Shown: piece after piece, positions 24,722 through 37,699 of the stretch
Numbering within the stretch: the first letter of the stretch is position 1
Layout: each line of letters begins with the position of its first letter
Source of the DNA: Octopus sinensis
Taxonomy: Eukaryota
Assembly (NCBI RefSeq): GCF_006345805.1
Contig: NC_043001.1
Coordinates: 61,938,001 to 62,002,000 of the forward strand
Reading direction: 5' to 3'
DNA length: 64,000 nt
Translations under genes and position numbers: made by a program
The notes under the pieces: generated by a model
What the model saw: the letters and a program-made list of their open reading frames with translations, nothing else
Databases searched by the model: none
What the model was told of the DNA's origin: nothing

Positions 24722-27396
24722 GAAAAGAATTTTAGAAGAATTTTTAAAAGTAGAAAAAGCCCACCTCAGAACCCATTCCTGGAGAACTTTGAGAAAGACT
24801 TGCTGAATCTTATAGATGATATTAGCTTCAATGAACACCCGTTAAGATATAACCCTCATCTTAGACACCTTAGGAACTTTATTCAGTCAACCCGGTGCAA
24901 ACATGGAATCCTAGTACCAGCAGATAAAACGGGTAATATGTATAGAGTTGATTACGATATTATAGCAAATTAATTAGGAAAGAACTAAACTCCAAATATA
25001 AAATTACAACTAAGAACAATTTGAAAAAAGTAAACATGGAAATGAAAGAGATCATGGAGAAACTAAATTTAACAGATAGAACGGAGCCACTTAAACCCTG
25101 TGAGCCCAGGATCAACCTTAAAGACCACAAAAAGGACTTCTTGGATAACCCTTCGGTAAGGCTGATCTGTCCAACTAGGTCGGACATTGGCCGACTTAGT
25201 AAATCTATCCTGGATACTGTTCTACCCCAAATAACCCCTCTTCTCCCCTTAAACCTATGGCTAAGTACCGACGAAGTTCTAAAATGGTTTAACTCTCTAA
25301 CTAATACTAGTAGTCTGTCCTTTATTCAGTTCGATATTAATAGTTATTACTCTAGCATTTCCCCTATCTTACTCAACAAATCACTAATATTTGCCATGAA
25401 TCGCTCCCTCATAACTAGAGAAGAAATCAATATTGTGCTACTAGCTAGGAAGACATTTATTGAATTTGAAGATAAATTATGGACTAGAGCAGATACACCA
25501 AATTTTTTTGATATACCAATGGGTTCCAGTGATTCGGCTGAGGTAACCAACCTAGTAGGCGCATATCTATTAAAATGCATAAGCAAGGATATCCCAGAAA
25601 TACAGGGGGGCCTATATAGGGATGATGCTCTGTTTGTTATCCCTAGTAATAATAAATCTGTTATAGAAAGGATTAGAAAGAAAATTAATAAGTTCTTTAA
25701 GGATTTCAACCTCAGTATAACGTATGAACCGGGCACTAAAATAGCTAATTTCCTAGATATTACCCTAGACCTTAACTCCAAGCTACATTACCCATTTAGA
25801 AAGGAAGGCGAAGTCACGAATTACGTAAATAAATTATCAAATCATCCCCCAAATATAATAGAATCTTTAGTAAGAAATATTTCATTAAGAATTTCAAAAT
25901 TATCATCCAATAAGGATATATTTAACTCCCATTCTGAGCATTATAATGCGGCGTTAACTAAGGCTGGATACAACCAAAAGATTACATTCGTTGATAAGGG
26001 GAACTCACGTATTCCTAATAATGAAGTTATCAGTAATCACGTAAGCAGCAAAAAAGACCAAGCCCGAAATAAAAGTAGAATTAAATTAACGGTAAACGCT
26101 CATCTAGAGTACAGGCCCAACAATTCAAATAGAAGCATTGACCAGAACATAGGTAACTCGGATAATATTGAAGTAGATAAACCTAAGATGCACACAAATA
26201 AAAATAAAAATAATGGTAATAAATACAATAACTCCGGTGAGATGAATAGTAGTAATTCTACGAACCCTAAATTTTATAAAAAAGATATATTATGGCTGAA
26301 TATTCCTTTCAACTGTGCGATACAATCGGATATACAGAACAAATTCAAAGTGATTCTGGAAAAAAATTTCCCTATCTCTCATAGATATCATAGAATTATT
26401 TCTAGGAAAACAGTTAGGATTTCTTATTCAACCCTCCCAAATATGTCCACTTTAATAGCTAAAATTAATAATAACAACATTAAACTAGCCAGGAAAGATA
26501 GAAATAAAAATAATAATATCAGCATGAATACCAATAGCAATAACAATAATACTACCAACAATAAAAACAGCAATAGGAACTATCAAAACATAGGTGAAAT
26601 TAGTAACCACAGAATGACTAATAACATTAACATTAATAGTAATAATAACAATGCCGATATTAATAGAAGTAATATTGTTAATAATAGAAATAATAGAAAT
26701 AAGGCTAATGGAGAAAATAAGGAGAATGAAAATATCAGTGATATCTATAACAATAATATGCAGTTGGATAAAAAGACTAACAATAATAATAACATTACGA
26801 ATAATATAAGAAATCTTGGTAGGACTTTACACCTAAATGATGAAACAGAAGGATCAATAAATAATAGCAATACTTTAGATATCAGCACCAACTATAGAAA
26901 TGATAATCAAAATAATAGGAACCTAAAACATCTACCCAAGAATAATCCAAGGCCTGAAGTTGTTCCTCCTGTGTGTAAGTGTAGAATAAAATCAAAATGC
27001 CCGGCACCTGGTCTATGTAGGGAAAATAATGTAATCTATAAATGTACCATATCCACGGAGAATAACAAATATTTTTACATTGGCTGTACAATTAATTTTT
27101 TAGCCAGAGTTAGAAATCACATCTCGACTTTTAAATTACGTCATAAAGCTGGTACCACCACACTTTCAAACAAAATCTGGGAACTCAAAAATAATAATAA
27201 AAATTATACCCTTAATTGGGAAATAGTTAGGAGAGCAATTCCGTATAAAAATAGTAGGGTTGGTTGTCAACTATGCTCCATGGAGACGTACGAAATTCTA
27301 AAGCATAGTAAACATGGAAACTTATTGAATAACCATATCGAACTAGGTCAAGTTTGTGTCCACGCTAAATTGAAGACTTTAAAATATTTTAAATGA
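24722..27396 (+). pseudogene. PLE RT-GIY-YIG polyprotein, copy 2 (791-aa open segment; one 1-nt frameshift near 24960)
   Basis: ORF 25021-27396 covers RT, the Asn-rich linker and EN. Upstream GATATTATAG lacks one T relative to copy 1. Confidence 0.9.
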
Positions 27397-28844
27397 TTGG
27401 AATATTCGTAACTAGATAGATAGATATAACTTGATTTCTACTAGTATAGCACTGCTTTAAGTAGATAACTAAGAGTTCTCACATTACAGTTATCTTTTTC
27501 CTTATATCTGCATCAGTTTTTTGAGAACAGGGAAATGAATAGTACTTATTCGCTACTTAATTGAGGCTTTATTTAATTTCAAACTCACAATTTTTAAATT
27601 CTTAATTTTAAATCTTATTGTAATATTTAATTTTAATCCCTAACTTAATCTAATTTAAGTAGCATAACTCTAATAAATTATAATGAGTTACTGTAGCCCC
27701 ATAATTCTATTTCAAAATTAAATAAATAAGGCTATTCCCTCGGTGATAATATGATTATCTTCATTATGATAGACAATCCCCTAACACCTTGTAAATGATC
27801 TTATAAGATTTGACCTGTAGTCAGTCAATGTATGAATAATAACGACAACTCCTTAAGACAATAAAATGAATAAATTAAATAAGTAAATTTTTAATGACTT
27901 TTTGATAAGATTATACTTAGATTTTCCTAATGTATTTTCTGATGATTTTAGCATCTGACCCCTTAACCCCTGACTGTGTTATCTCTTTAGATTCTCTTTA
28001 AACTCATAGCTGATTTCAACAGCAATAAATTAACGGTTTACTGGTCAAAGAATAACATTCTCCTCTAGTTCCTAGATGCCTGTTGATTAAAACCAGACTT
28101 GCAGTCTACTAACTCTTCTGTATAACTAGAACCCTCTTTTTTTCTTTTTCTTTTTTTCCCTTCTTTCCCTATTTCTTTCTCTTTTCTCTTTTTTCTTTTT
28201 CTTCTTCTTATTCTCTGTTTCCTTTTCTCTTCTCTTTTAGTCCCCCTTCCCCCCCCCCTTTTTGCTCCCTCCTCCATTATTTTCTCTCTTTTCTTCTATT
28301 CCCTTCTCTATTCTTGGCCGCTCTAGAAAGCCCTTCAGCCTTTAAGAGTTAAATAGCTACAGCCTCTTGTGAATAGCAGTAATGTGATTAATATGGCAAA
28401 TACCTAATCATATAACAAGGATTGATACCTACCTCATTGTGTTCAACCATTGAAAAATTTATCGCCTGTGAATATGAAATTCATCTCCATTTCTCTAGAA
28501 ATTTACATCTACACCATTGGAATTTGTGCATCTATACAAAGGATTTATTCACCCTCTCTGTAATGCTAATAAGCAGGAATTGAGACCCACCTCGTTGTAA
28601 TTAACAATGGATAAATTTGTCTTCTGTGAGTATATAATCCCTCATCATATCTATGGAAATTCATATGGATTAGGTCACCTTCTCTGTGATGCTATCAAAA
28701 CTTTTTTAAAATTCTGTGATAAGACTGTACATCATCTTTAAAGAACTTTAATGAACTTTAGAAATCTGTTTATGTTAATTAATTATCTACATTACTTCAT
28801 GAGTATAGCCTCAAACACTAGGATGTCTAGAGAACTCACATGTA

Positions 28845-28935
28845 TTTTAGCTGATGAGTACGGGACTCGTTTATATGCTGTAATCTTTGCAACTTTTAAT
28901 AAAACCTGTCCTTGTATGAAACGATCGTACTAAAA
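28845..28935 (+). ncRNA. Type I hammerhead ribozyme, PLE copy 2
   Basis: Identical to 24555-24645; cleavage site after 28929. Confidence 0.85.
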
Positions 28936-28965
28936 ACCTATCCATTCTTGTTGCTTCTTTCTCGC

Positions 28966-29004
<39 letters not shown>

Positions 29005-30099
29005 TACATACATTTGTTTGTGTGTGTTTGCGAGAAAACAGATATACCAAATGTTGCCCACTCCCTACATGCATTTTGTACATTAAGACTTTGTTACTAA
29101 ATATGCAGAATGACACAAGCGAGAATATTATTTCACTGCACTAACATGCTTATCTTACAGGTGTGCTGTCAATTTATGAAATCAAAGCCAAAAAGAAGGA
29201 TAAATCTAAGATGAAAGTAACTTATTGCTTCATTTTGTTATTGCTATATTAGACTTGGGAATTATTGAAATTTTTAAACCTCACTTTGACGATTAACTAT
29301 GATATAAAATTTATCTTCGCCATGCTCTTCATAATTAAATTTTAGATTACCAAAGTTGAACATTATCTCTTAATTTTTCACCGAGAATGTAAATGCTACG
29401 TATAATGTCAGATATCAAACACTACTACAGTTATCCACATGTGTGAGGGTGGGGGCTTTGAGCTTTTTCTTTGTTTACAATTTATATGCGGTTGTGTATT
29501 GGGGAAATCATTTAAACTGCCGACAAAATTGTCTTGTGATATCCGTTCAAGCACTTGATGTTCAAAGCTCACCGTGGCCAATTTTGTTTTTCTTTCTTTT
29601 GGGGTCAATAAATAAGCATCAGTTCCAGAGTATTAGAAAAGTTGTTATAGTATCGAACGTGATACATTGAAGTCTCTATTCCACTTCTTTCTATTTTATG
29701 TATAAATTCCACCTACATTGCGATAGCTAGCGCTATTAAACCTGTCATGCGATCAGCTGTTCGACCTACAGTTAACTAGGTTAACCTACATGAGTAGGTT
29801 ATCCTCCAACAATTTCAGATAAGCCGGTAACAGAGCGTGCAGGCAAACAAAACATCGATGATTGAAGAAAACTCTTTGGCGAGTCGACAAAGACATGTTA
29901 CGTTTGATATTCCCAGGCGGAGAGTTTAAATGATGTAGTTAAGTTATATAGGAGAAAATTATATCCATTTAAAATACTTTTTAACCTACCCGTCAGGTAG
30001 ATAAGTAGGTATGTATTTAGGTAGTTAATTTAATTATATAGAGTGTTAGTTGATTAACTAGATAGGTAGATAGGTGGGGATATAGGCAAATAAATATGT

Positions 30100-30780
30100 A
30101 GGTAGGTAAGTAGGTAGTACAGATATACACGCACGCATAAGCACACACACACACAAGGACACAGAAGCACACAACCACATGCACATACTCACCACGTATA
30201 TACATGCACATTAAATGTACATGCACAGGCACACATACATATATATATACAAGACATACACACACACGCGCAGACATACACAGGCACTCACACGGAAGCA
30301 GGCGTTCACACGCACACACACACGCACGCACGTACACACACATACATACATACATACATACATACATACATACATACATACATACATACATACATACATA
30401 CATACGCACGTACACATATATGCACACATACGCACGCACACACACACACATGGACACAGGTATTAATACATACGCACGCACATGCCCAAGCAGATAATCC
30501 CACACATACACACCGACTATATTCTACACATATACAAGCAATAAGGTCTCAGGCAGATAAACGCGACCTCTGTAACAAACTAAGAAATAAGGTATTGAAA
30601 AGGTTGCAAATGGCATCAAAAGAATTTCGGCGGAAAACAAAAAACAAAACAATGACTCTTTAATCAACAAATAAAACAAACGATCGATTAATTTAACCAA
30701 TTGATTAATAATAAAGGAGTGGAATTGAACAAGTGCGTGTGTTATTACTATTGACATAATGATTCTTCCTAGATACGACG

Positions 30781-30830
<50 letters not shown>
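30100..30830. repeat. (CA)n/(CATA)n/(GT)n microsatellite cluster
   Basis: Directly visible. Confidence 0.9.
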
Positions 30831-30953
30831 CCAAATTGAGGGAATGGAGCAGGTAAAATCCTGGCTAGCATAACTTCGGAAATAATAATTACTCGACGAG
30901 GGGTACTCCAGTAGCTACTCTTCAGGTCGAAGATACTTTAGTTAAATGATGGT

Positions 30954-31032
30954 TACATTGTCGCCAAGCAATCCCAAGGAGATTCGATCAAATCTCTTAC
31001 GAGTTAACTTGGGATCTCTTGGCGACAATGTA
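30954..31032. repeat. 79-nt hairpin / micro-MITE candidate
   Basis: TACATTGTCGCCAAG (30954-68) is the exact reverse complement of 31018-32. Further stems ATCCCAAG/CTTGGGAT and GAGATT/AATCTC. Confidence 0.7.
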
Positions 31033-31249
31033 TGTGCGTGTATGGATATTTACTTATGTATATATTGGGTCATCCCATAAATAATGCGGTTACTTCAATT
31101 GCATGAACTAAAAGTCGGGGTGGGGACAGGATAACCTACCTGTATCAACTTGCTATAAAAGCAGGTAGTAATTTTACCTTGTCCTTACTCCTAATGCAAG
31201 TTTTGAAGAGTGCAGTTCGATTTTAACAGTTATTTTTTTCAAAGCTATA

Positions 31250-32240
31250 ATGAAAGTGACAAAGCAGCATATTCGACATATTTTGCTTTATGAGTTCGAT
31301 AAAGGCAACAATGCAACGGAAATTGCGAGGAATACTGCTGCAGTATATGGGGATCGGACAATAAGTGTAAGCCATTGTCAACGGTGGTTCCAGAGATTTC
31401 GAGCCAGAAATTACAGCCTAGAAGACGAGCCTCGTCCTGGAAGATCGGTAGAGCTCGACGAGGACGTCCTGCAAACACTAGCGGAACAAAATCCCAACGT
31501 AACTGTTGAGGAACTAGCAGAGAACTTTGATTTGGTCATTCAACCATTCATCGACACCTGCGTACCATCGGAAAAGTCAGCAAATTGGATCAATGGTTTC
31601 CTCACAAACTTTCCGAGTCTAATCGCGCGCAGAGAGTGAATGTATGCTCTTCTTTGTTGTCACATTTCACGAATGAACCTTTTTTTAACCGAATAGTGAC
31701 TAGTGACGAGAAATGGGTTCTCTATAAAAATGTGAAGCGCCGAAGACAGTAGGTAGGGAAAAGAGAAATACCGACGCCCCAGCCTAAAGACGGTCTTCAC
31801 CCACGTAAGGTGTTGTTATCTGTTTGTTGGGATATAAAAGCTTTATTCCACTTTGAACTTTTAAGCCCAAACCAAACGATAATAAAAGAGTTCTACTGCA
31901 AGCTGCTTGAGCGGCTTAAGTTAGCGCCAGAAGAAAAACTACCATCTTTAGTTTCAAGACAAAAGGTGTTCTTCCATCAGGATAATGCTCGGCCACAAAC
32001 AGCAAGGGTGACATTCCAAAGGCTGGAGGAATTTGAATGTGAAACGATACCCCAGCCACCATATTCGCCAAACATTGCCCCATCTGATTATCAATTCTTC
32101 CGCAGTCTGCAAAATCACTTAGACGGAAAAACATGAATTTTGTAGACGATGTCAGAAGAGAACTGGTGGGAGGATTATTCTTCGTCACGGACAAGTGAAT
32201 TTTGGAAGAGGGGCCCTTGCAAGTCTACCAGAAAGATGGA
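31250..32240 (+). pseudogene. Mariner transposase pseudogene
   Basis: ORFs 31250-31639 and 31810-32136 plus linking frames, with frameshifts and stops. Confidence 0.9.
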
Positions 32241-32942
32241 TGAAGGAGAGTATATTTTAGATTCAAAAAAAGCTTTGTTTATCTTTTATTCTGTCTGGGG
32301 AGAGTCATTTTGTTTTAATGCCTTTTTGATTAGCACACTCACCGGTTCGATTTCCACTCATTTACGTATTTATTTTTTCTAAAACTTTCGTTGCTACTTG
32401 CAACTTCTTCAATAGCCGTTGACTCTCTCCGTTATCGAAGTTGCTTCTTTTTTGTTTGTGCGCATGTGTGCGCATTAGTGTGTATGTGTATGCACATATG
32501 CATGTATGTACGTGTGTGTATATGCATATATATGTATACGTATGTGTACGTTTGTATGTATGTATTCTGCATATTCATGTGTCTGTGTGTTCCTGTTCGT
32601 GCTTTTGTGTGTGCGTGTATGTATTTGTGTGTGTACCTGTCTCCTTGTGTGCACATGTTGAAGTGTATCTAAGTGTATGGATTCTGTGACTATGCACGTG
32701 CGTCTGTTATGCATGGATGTGTCTCCGTGGGTCGTTATGTGTGTGTGTGTGTGTGAAGTATGCGTGCGTGTATATGGTCACGTATTTCAGTCTTCTTTTA
32801 TGTATGTATATGTGTACGTGTGTGCGTGCATATCTGTTCGTATTACCTATGTACCAATCTATCTTCTACATATCTACCTGTTTAGATATATCCATTCACC
32901 GATTTATAAATATATACATATATACATATATATATATATATA

Positions 32943-33319
32943 TCTATATAAACGGCAGTTTGTCTGTGTGTGTTTTTGTGTGTCTGTTTGCTTGTACCCT
33001 CACTCTGACCACGGCTTTCAACCGATTCTGATGAAACTTGACACACACATAGCCCAATGTCATAATTCAAAACTAACGCAGCGAAAATTTTGAAAAGTTC
33101 CCCCAGTTCTGAAAAAAATCGATAAATTCGACATGGGGTCGAGAATCAGAAACACAAACCACAGACTGTCTAGGGGACGCAACTCCACCTTTTTCACTCT
33201 CAAAAAAAATTTACCATCATTTTTTCCCCATTTCTTTGCTATATTTTGGCTATAACTATCTAAAAATGCTTTATAGTTATTTCCCTTACAAACCCGAGCA
33301 ACGCCGGGCGATACTGCTA

Positions 33320-33320
<1 letters not shown>
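32943..33320 (+). mobile_element. Non-autonomous Helitron
   Basis: A|TC 5' end, internal GT-rich repeat, 3' hairpin CCCGAGCAACGCCGGG (33293-33308), terminal CTAG|T at 33317-20, no TSD. Confidence 0.75.
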
Positions 33321-33410
<90 letters not shown>

Positions 33411-33437
33411 TATATTTATATATATATATATATATAT

Positions 33438-34273
33438 AAACAACTTATAAATAAGGGCGAAAGAAAATGCCAATATGCTGATAACACACTTTTAAATCAT
33501 CAATTTCCACATATTATTTACTCGCTACAGAAAACACGTAGAGCTGAAAACGAGGAAAGCCAGCCAATAGAATTTTTTTTAAAAGTTCGTTATTTTTTTA
33601 TTGAATCAATTTCAGAATTAATCTCATAATAGAATTTTTCCTCTTCAGTAGAAAATACGAAAATACATAACATACTTACATGCGCCAATGGAAAAAAAAC
33701 GAAGCAAAAATCATGATTACATATAAGTACCCCAGGTATATCTCAAAATAAAATCCTTTGGTCAGCCTCAGCACACGTGTGAACTGTTCTCCACTACAGC
33801 TTATAGTGGTTACCAGTCCCTATAGCGAGTAGTAATAAGTCTACTACTAATATGGGATGAAGTTTTTTTACAGAAAAAAATTCCATCAAAAAATGTGGCA
33901 GCATATTAAAATACCTTTAAGGTTAAAATTATAAACAACTTATAAATAAGGGCTAAAGAAAATTATTTCTATGCCAATATGCTGATAACAGACTTTTAAA
34001 TCGTCAATTTCCACATATTATTTACTCGCTATAGAAAACACGTAGAGCTGAAAACGAGGAAAGCCAACCAATAGAAGTTTTTTAAAAAGTTCGTTATTTC
34101 TATATTAAATCAATTTCGGAATTAATCTCACAATAGATTTTTTCCACTTCAGTAGAAAATACGAAAAGACATACATAAGATACTTACATGCACCCATGGA
34201 GAAAAGCCGAAACAAAAATCATGATTACATATAAGTACCCCAGGTATATCTAAAAATAAAATCTTTTGGTCAG
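33438..34273. repeat. Two diverged ~335-bp direct repeats (probable PLE pseudo-LTRs)
   Basis: 33438-33770 matches ~33930-34273 (start AAACAACTTATAAATAAGGGC, end TTTGGTCAG); they lie downstream of a minus-strand GIY-YIG remnant. Confidence 0.7.
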
Positions 34274-34349
34274 GATATATATATACTACGCCTACTAACA
34301 AATCTACCTGTGTATGTATTAACTGAGAGTATTGAAGTGTCGCTAACTT

Positions 34350-34596
34350 CTACGTATATCTCCTACTTAGTACTGGGGATGTAACATTTATGAGTACGTA
34401 CTCCTGTATTTTTCTGAGTATTGGGTCCTCCGGGTGCTTGAATAAAATGCGGATGTCAAGTCGACCCAGTGTGTCTCCATGTTGGTCTTTGGAATGTTGG
34501 TAGAGTATGGAGGACTGTTTTTTGTCGTCATATTGTCTCAAATGTCCATTTAGTATATCCGCAATGCTTCCAGATGTCTCACCAATGTATGTCATC
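34350..34596 (-). mobile_element. PLE GIY-YIG endonuclease C-terminal remnant
   Basis: TYIGETS...GHLRQY...SSILYQHSKDQH...RILFKHPEDPILRKIQEYVLINVTSPVL. Confidence 0.7.
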
Positions 34597-35581
34597 CTAA
34601 TTTTGGAAAATAAAAGAAGTATAAAATAAACCGCATTATTTATGGGATAACCCAATATATGTTTGTGTTTGTGTGCTTATGTATGTTTCTGTATGGTTTA
34701 CATGTATATACATGTGTATAAGGATATCCGGTTGTATGATTATGATTGTGCTTTTTGCAATGTGTTCTTACTTCTGTTCATGTTTCTTAAAGTTTCTTGA
34801 AGGTAAATAATTTTCGAAAAAAAAGGGACTGTTTTAAATATACCTATTCAACATAGATCTATAAAATGTGTTTTTGAATCATATGACATTTAACAACGGT
34901 TTATACGTGTTTGCTTGCCATGTCAGAAATAGAAGTTAAATCTCTATTTAATCACTCACCATTATTTTTAAATGCTGTGCATAAAAAATTCATAATGAAA
35001 TGTAATTTCCTTCTTTGTTAGAGAAAGGAAACAAAAACCTACCGGCAGTTTTAAGTAATTCACAAAAATAAGAGCAAAAAATGGAGATGATTTCCCGAAA
35101 TTAAAAACTAATCTTGTAGAGTTAATTTACATACTAATAGGAAAGAGAGCCTGATATTTGTTTGGAGCTAAGCTAAACAACCGAAACGTGTTATTGCAAT
35201 GAATTTATATAGTTAAAATGTGATGCACTAAATTATATAAACCCTTTTAGCTGCAGAAAGAAATCAAAACCCTAGCGGATGGTGTTTGTAGCTCCTTAAG
35301 AAAAGGTATTGTAATTTGAAGAAATTAGCTATTAGTCTCTTAAAGTCAATTTACATATTTAATTTCTATGAAACTCTTACATTAGACGTCATCGGCTTAC
35401 TATAGCTATGACTATTCATCTTACTTGCAGAAAGTAAATAAAAAAACCTGAATGTAACGAATGCAAATTTTAATATGTCACAAACTGAATGCATATGTTT
35501 ATATATCTTTAGTATTTTAGAACTGCTGACATTTGTCTGCATATCGCTTATGGGTATAAAAATGTTACACTTATTCTAGAC

Positions 35582-35879
35582 CATGTGTTCTCAAAGTGGG
35601 CGCTACAGCCACCCACCCCCGGTGGGAGTTGAGTCAGGCCAGGTGGGCGATGGTGCCTAGGAGGAGCGATAGAGAAAAAGGAGGCTTTGGGAGGAGGGCA
35701 ATAATATTATTATAGTATTGTATACAAATTATGTAATATATTAAATAACAAATGATTCTTGGTATATATAAATTAGTTAAATATATAATATTTATTTAAG
35801 CATAAAAATAGAGGTGGGGATGCTGAAGCTATCATGTGGCTATGAAGGGGAGGTGGCCCAAAATGTTTGAGAACCTCCG
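35582..35879. mobile_element. hAT (Charlie-type) MITE, 298 bp
   Basis: Exact 8-bp TSD TTCTAGAC at 35574-81 and 35880-87; imperfect TIRs CATGTGTTCTCAAA / TTTGAGAACCTCCG. Confidence 0.8.
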
Positions 35880-36319
35880 TTCTAGACTATCGAAGCCGAC
35901 ATAAAACAATTTAAGCCCATCACATGACACCGCATGCATATAAGATGCTGCAACATCACATCCGTCTCTGTCTTACATATGATATTAATTCATAGTTAAA
36001 AAAATAAAAATAACATAAAGTTTTAACTATTTGAACATCAGCTGATCGGTGAATGTGTAACAACAATAACAAGAAAATGGAATAATAGCACCTGCGAATT
36101 CAGTATATCTATTGCGCCGGTGAATAAAAGAAATGACATGTTATCAATTTTAAAAACGAAGTAAATGTAATGTATAAAATGAAAGCCAATTTATCTTTAC
36201 TAGTCTTCGATCATTTAACTTCAATTTGATCAAATTTTAATGAAATTTATTAAACAGAATTTCGAGATTCAATGAAAAATATAAAATTTAATAAAGATGA
36301 TTTTTAAGAAAGGAAAAAT

Positions 36320-36332
36320 GTGTGTGTACATG

Positions 36333-36366
<34 letters not shown>

Positions 36367-36525
36367 TGTATGTATGTATGTATGTATGTATGTATGTATG
36401 TATGTATGTATGTATGTATGTATGTATGTATGTATGTATGCATGTATGTATGTATGCCTGTATGCATGTATGCATGTATGTATGTATGTATGTATGTATG
36501 TATGTATGTATGTATGTATGTATAC
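36320..36525. repeat. (TATG)n microsatellite
   Basis: Directly visible. Confidence 0.95.
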
Positions 36526-37699
36526 ACGCGTACACATAGAGAAAGAGAATGGGACAGAAAATGAAATACATGAAAACAGTTAGCTGTAATATTCTTATCA
36601 GAAGTACATGTATATTGCTTGACATTATGTTTCCGAGAACTGTTGACAATCGCTTTACTTTGAAATATTTCGATAATTTCATTGAAAAAGCAACACAATT
36701 TGATTTCCAATGTTATCCCCATTTTCGGTTTCTTTGACATTTACAGTTCTTATCTATAAATTTTGTTAAATGAGAGCAGTTGCTCTCATGTCTGAAACGG
36801 TAACTTAAATAGTATTTAATTTTATCTTATAAATATTTATTTTTAAATATTTTTTCCACAAGATAGTTTAATTACTTTCACACTCGTTTGAGGAAACATT
36901 TCTTTTATAATTGCACCCTACCCTCGTCATAAAAAGTGAAGTTGAGAAAATATATTGAGACATTAATTGCATTCAAAGAGTGTTCATTTAATGAAATAAA
37001 CTTAAAACTTGAAACATTAGGTGCTGAATAGAAAAAGTTCACCTTTGGTAATTTTCAAAGAAACGTGGTCATACTTTAATTACTTCCGTTTCTACAAGTT
37101 TTATGTTATCATTCATGTAGGAGAAAAGTGGCATGGTCCCAACCATCAACTTACAGCCATGGAATTGAGTCTGAATCACTGTGTTCAGATATGAAAGTAA
37201 ATTTAAGCACCCAAGCCAAATTGTTGTCAGGGATTGAGAACATCGGCAAGCAACTAGCCATAGTTCTGTGGCAGAAACAATATGAACTTGAATTTTAGCT
37301 GGCAAGCGAAAACACAATAGACACAGCTGATACTTAACTCATTGGAATCCTAGTTGTAAACAACACATTGAAATGTCATTAAAGATTTTGTTATTGGTGC
37401 TCTTTCTTGACAGACCATTAGGTATATATAGATCGTTTGTTTTGAAACATACCAGTGGCCAAAACATAGCCAAGACTAATGACTGTAGAAACTTACGTCA
37501 CTCAACTTCGATTACGGAATGCAACGACTACTACGGCCCTCTGTCATTGCTGACAAACACAAACTTCTTACGCAGATTTTTGTTCTTCTGGCGCTGAACC
37601 AAAATATTTCTTCCGTGCATGGAGCAATAAAAAAAACAATATAGAAATAGGTACTTGTTTAGACAAATACAAAAACGATATTATTCCATCATTAATTTC

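Larger units (their letters stand above)
24720..28966 (+). mobile_element. Penelope-like retroelement copy 2, tandem duplicate of copy 1
   Basis: Same start (CCGAAAAGAATTTTAG) and end (TTCTTTCTCGCG), offset 4289-4290 bp. The only differences I saw are 1-nt homopolymer indels. Confidence 0.95.
31065..34655 (+). mobile_element. Mariner (DD34D) transposon split by ~2.3 kb of nested insertions
   Basis: TIRs TTGGGTCATCCCATAAATAATGCGGT (31065) and ACCGCATTATTTATGGGATAACCCAA (34630-55), both flanked by TA. Transposase remnant with IVTSDEKW, HQDNARP, PPYSPNIAPSDY. Confidence 0.9.

Noticed and set aside
20433-27396. Naiad/Chlamys-type or selenoprotein-encoding PLE
   Set aside because: The endonuclease is C-terminal and there are no in-frame TGA codons in the reconstructed ORF.
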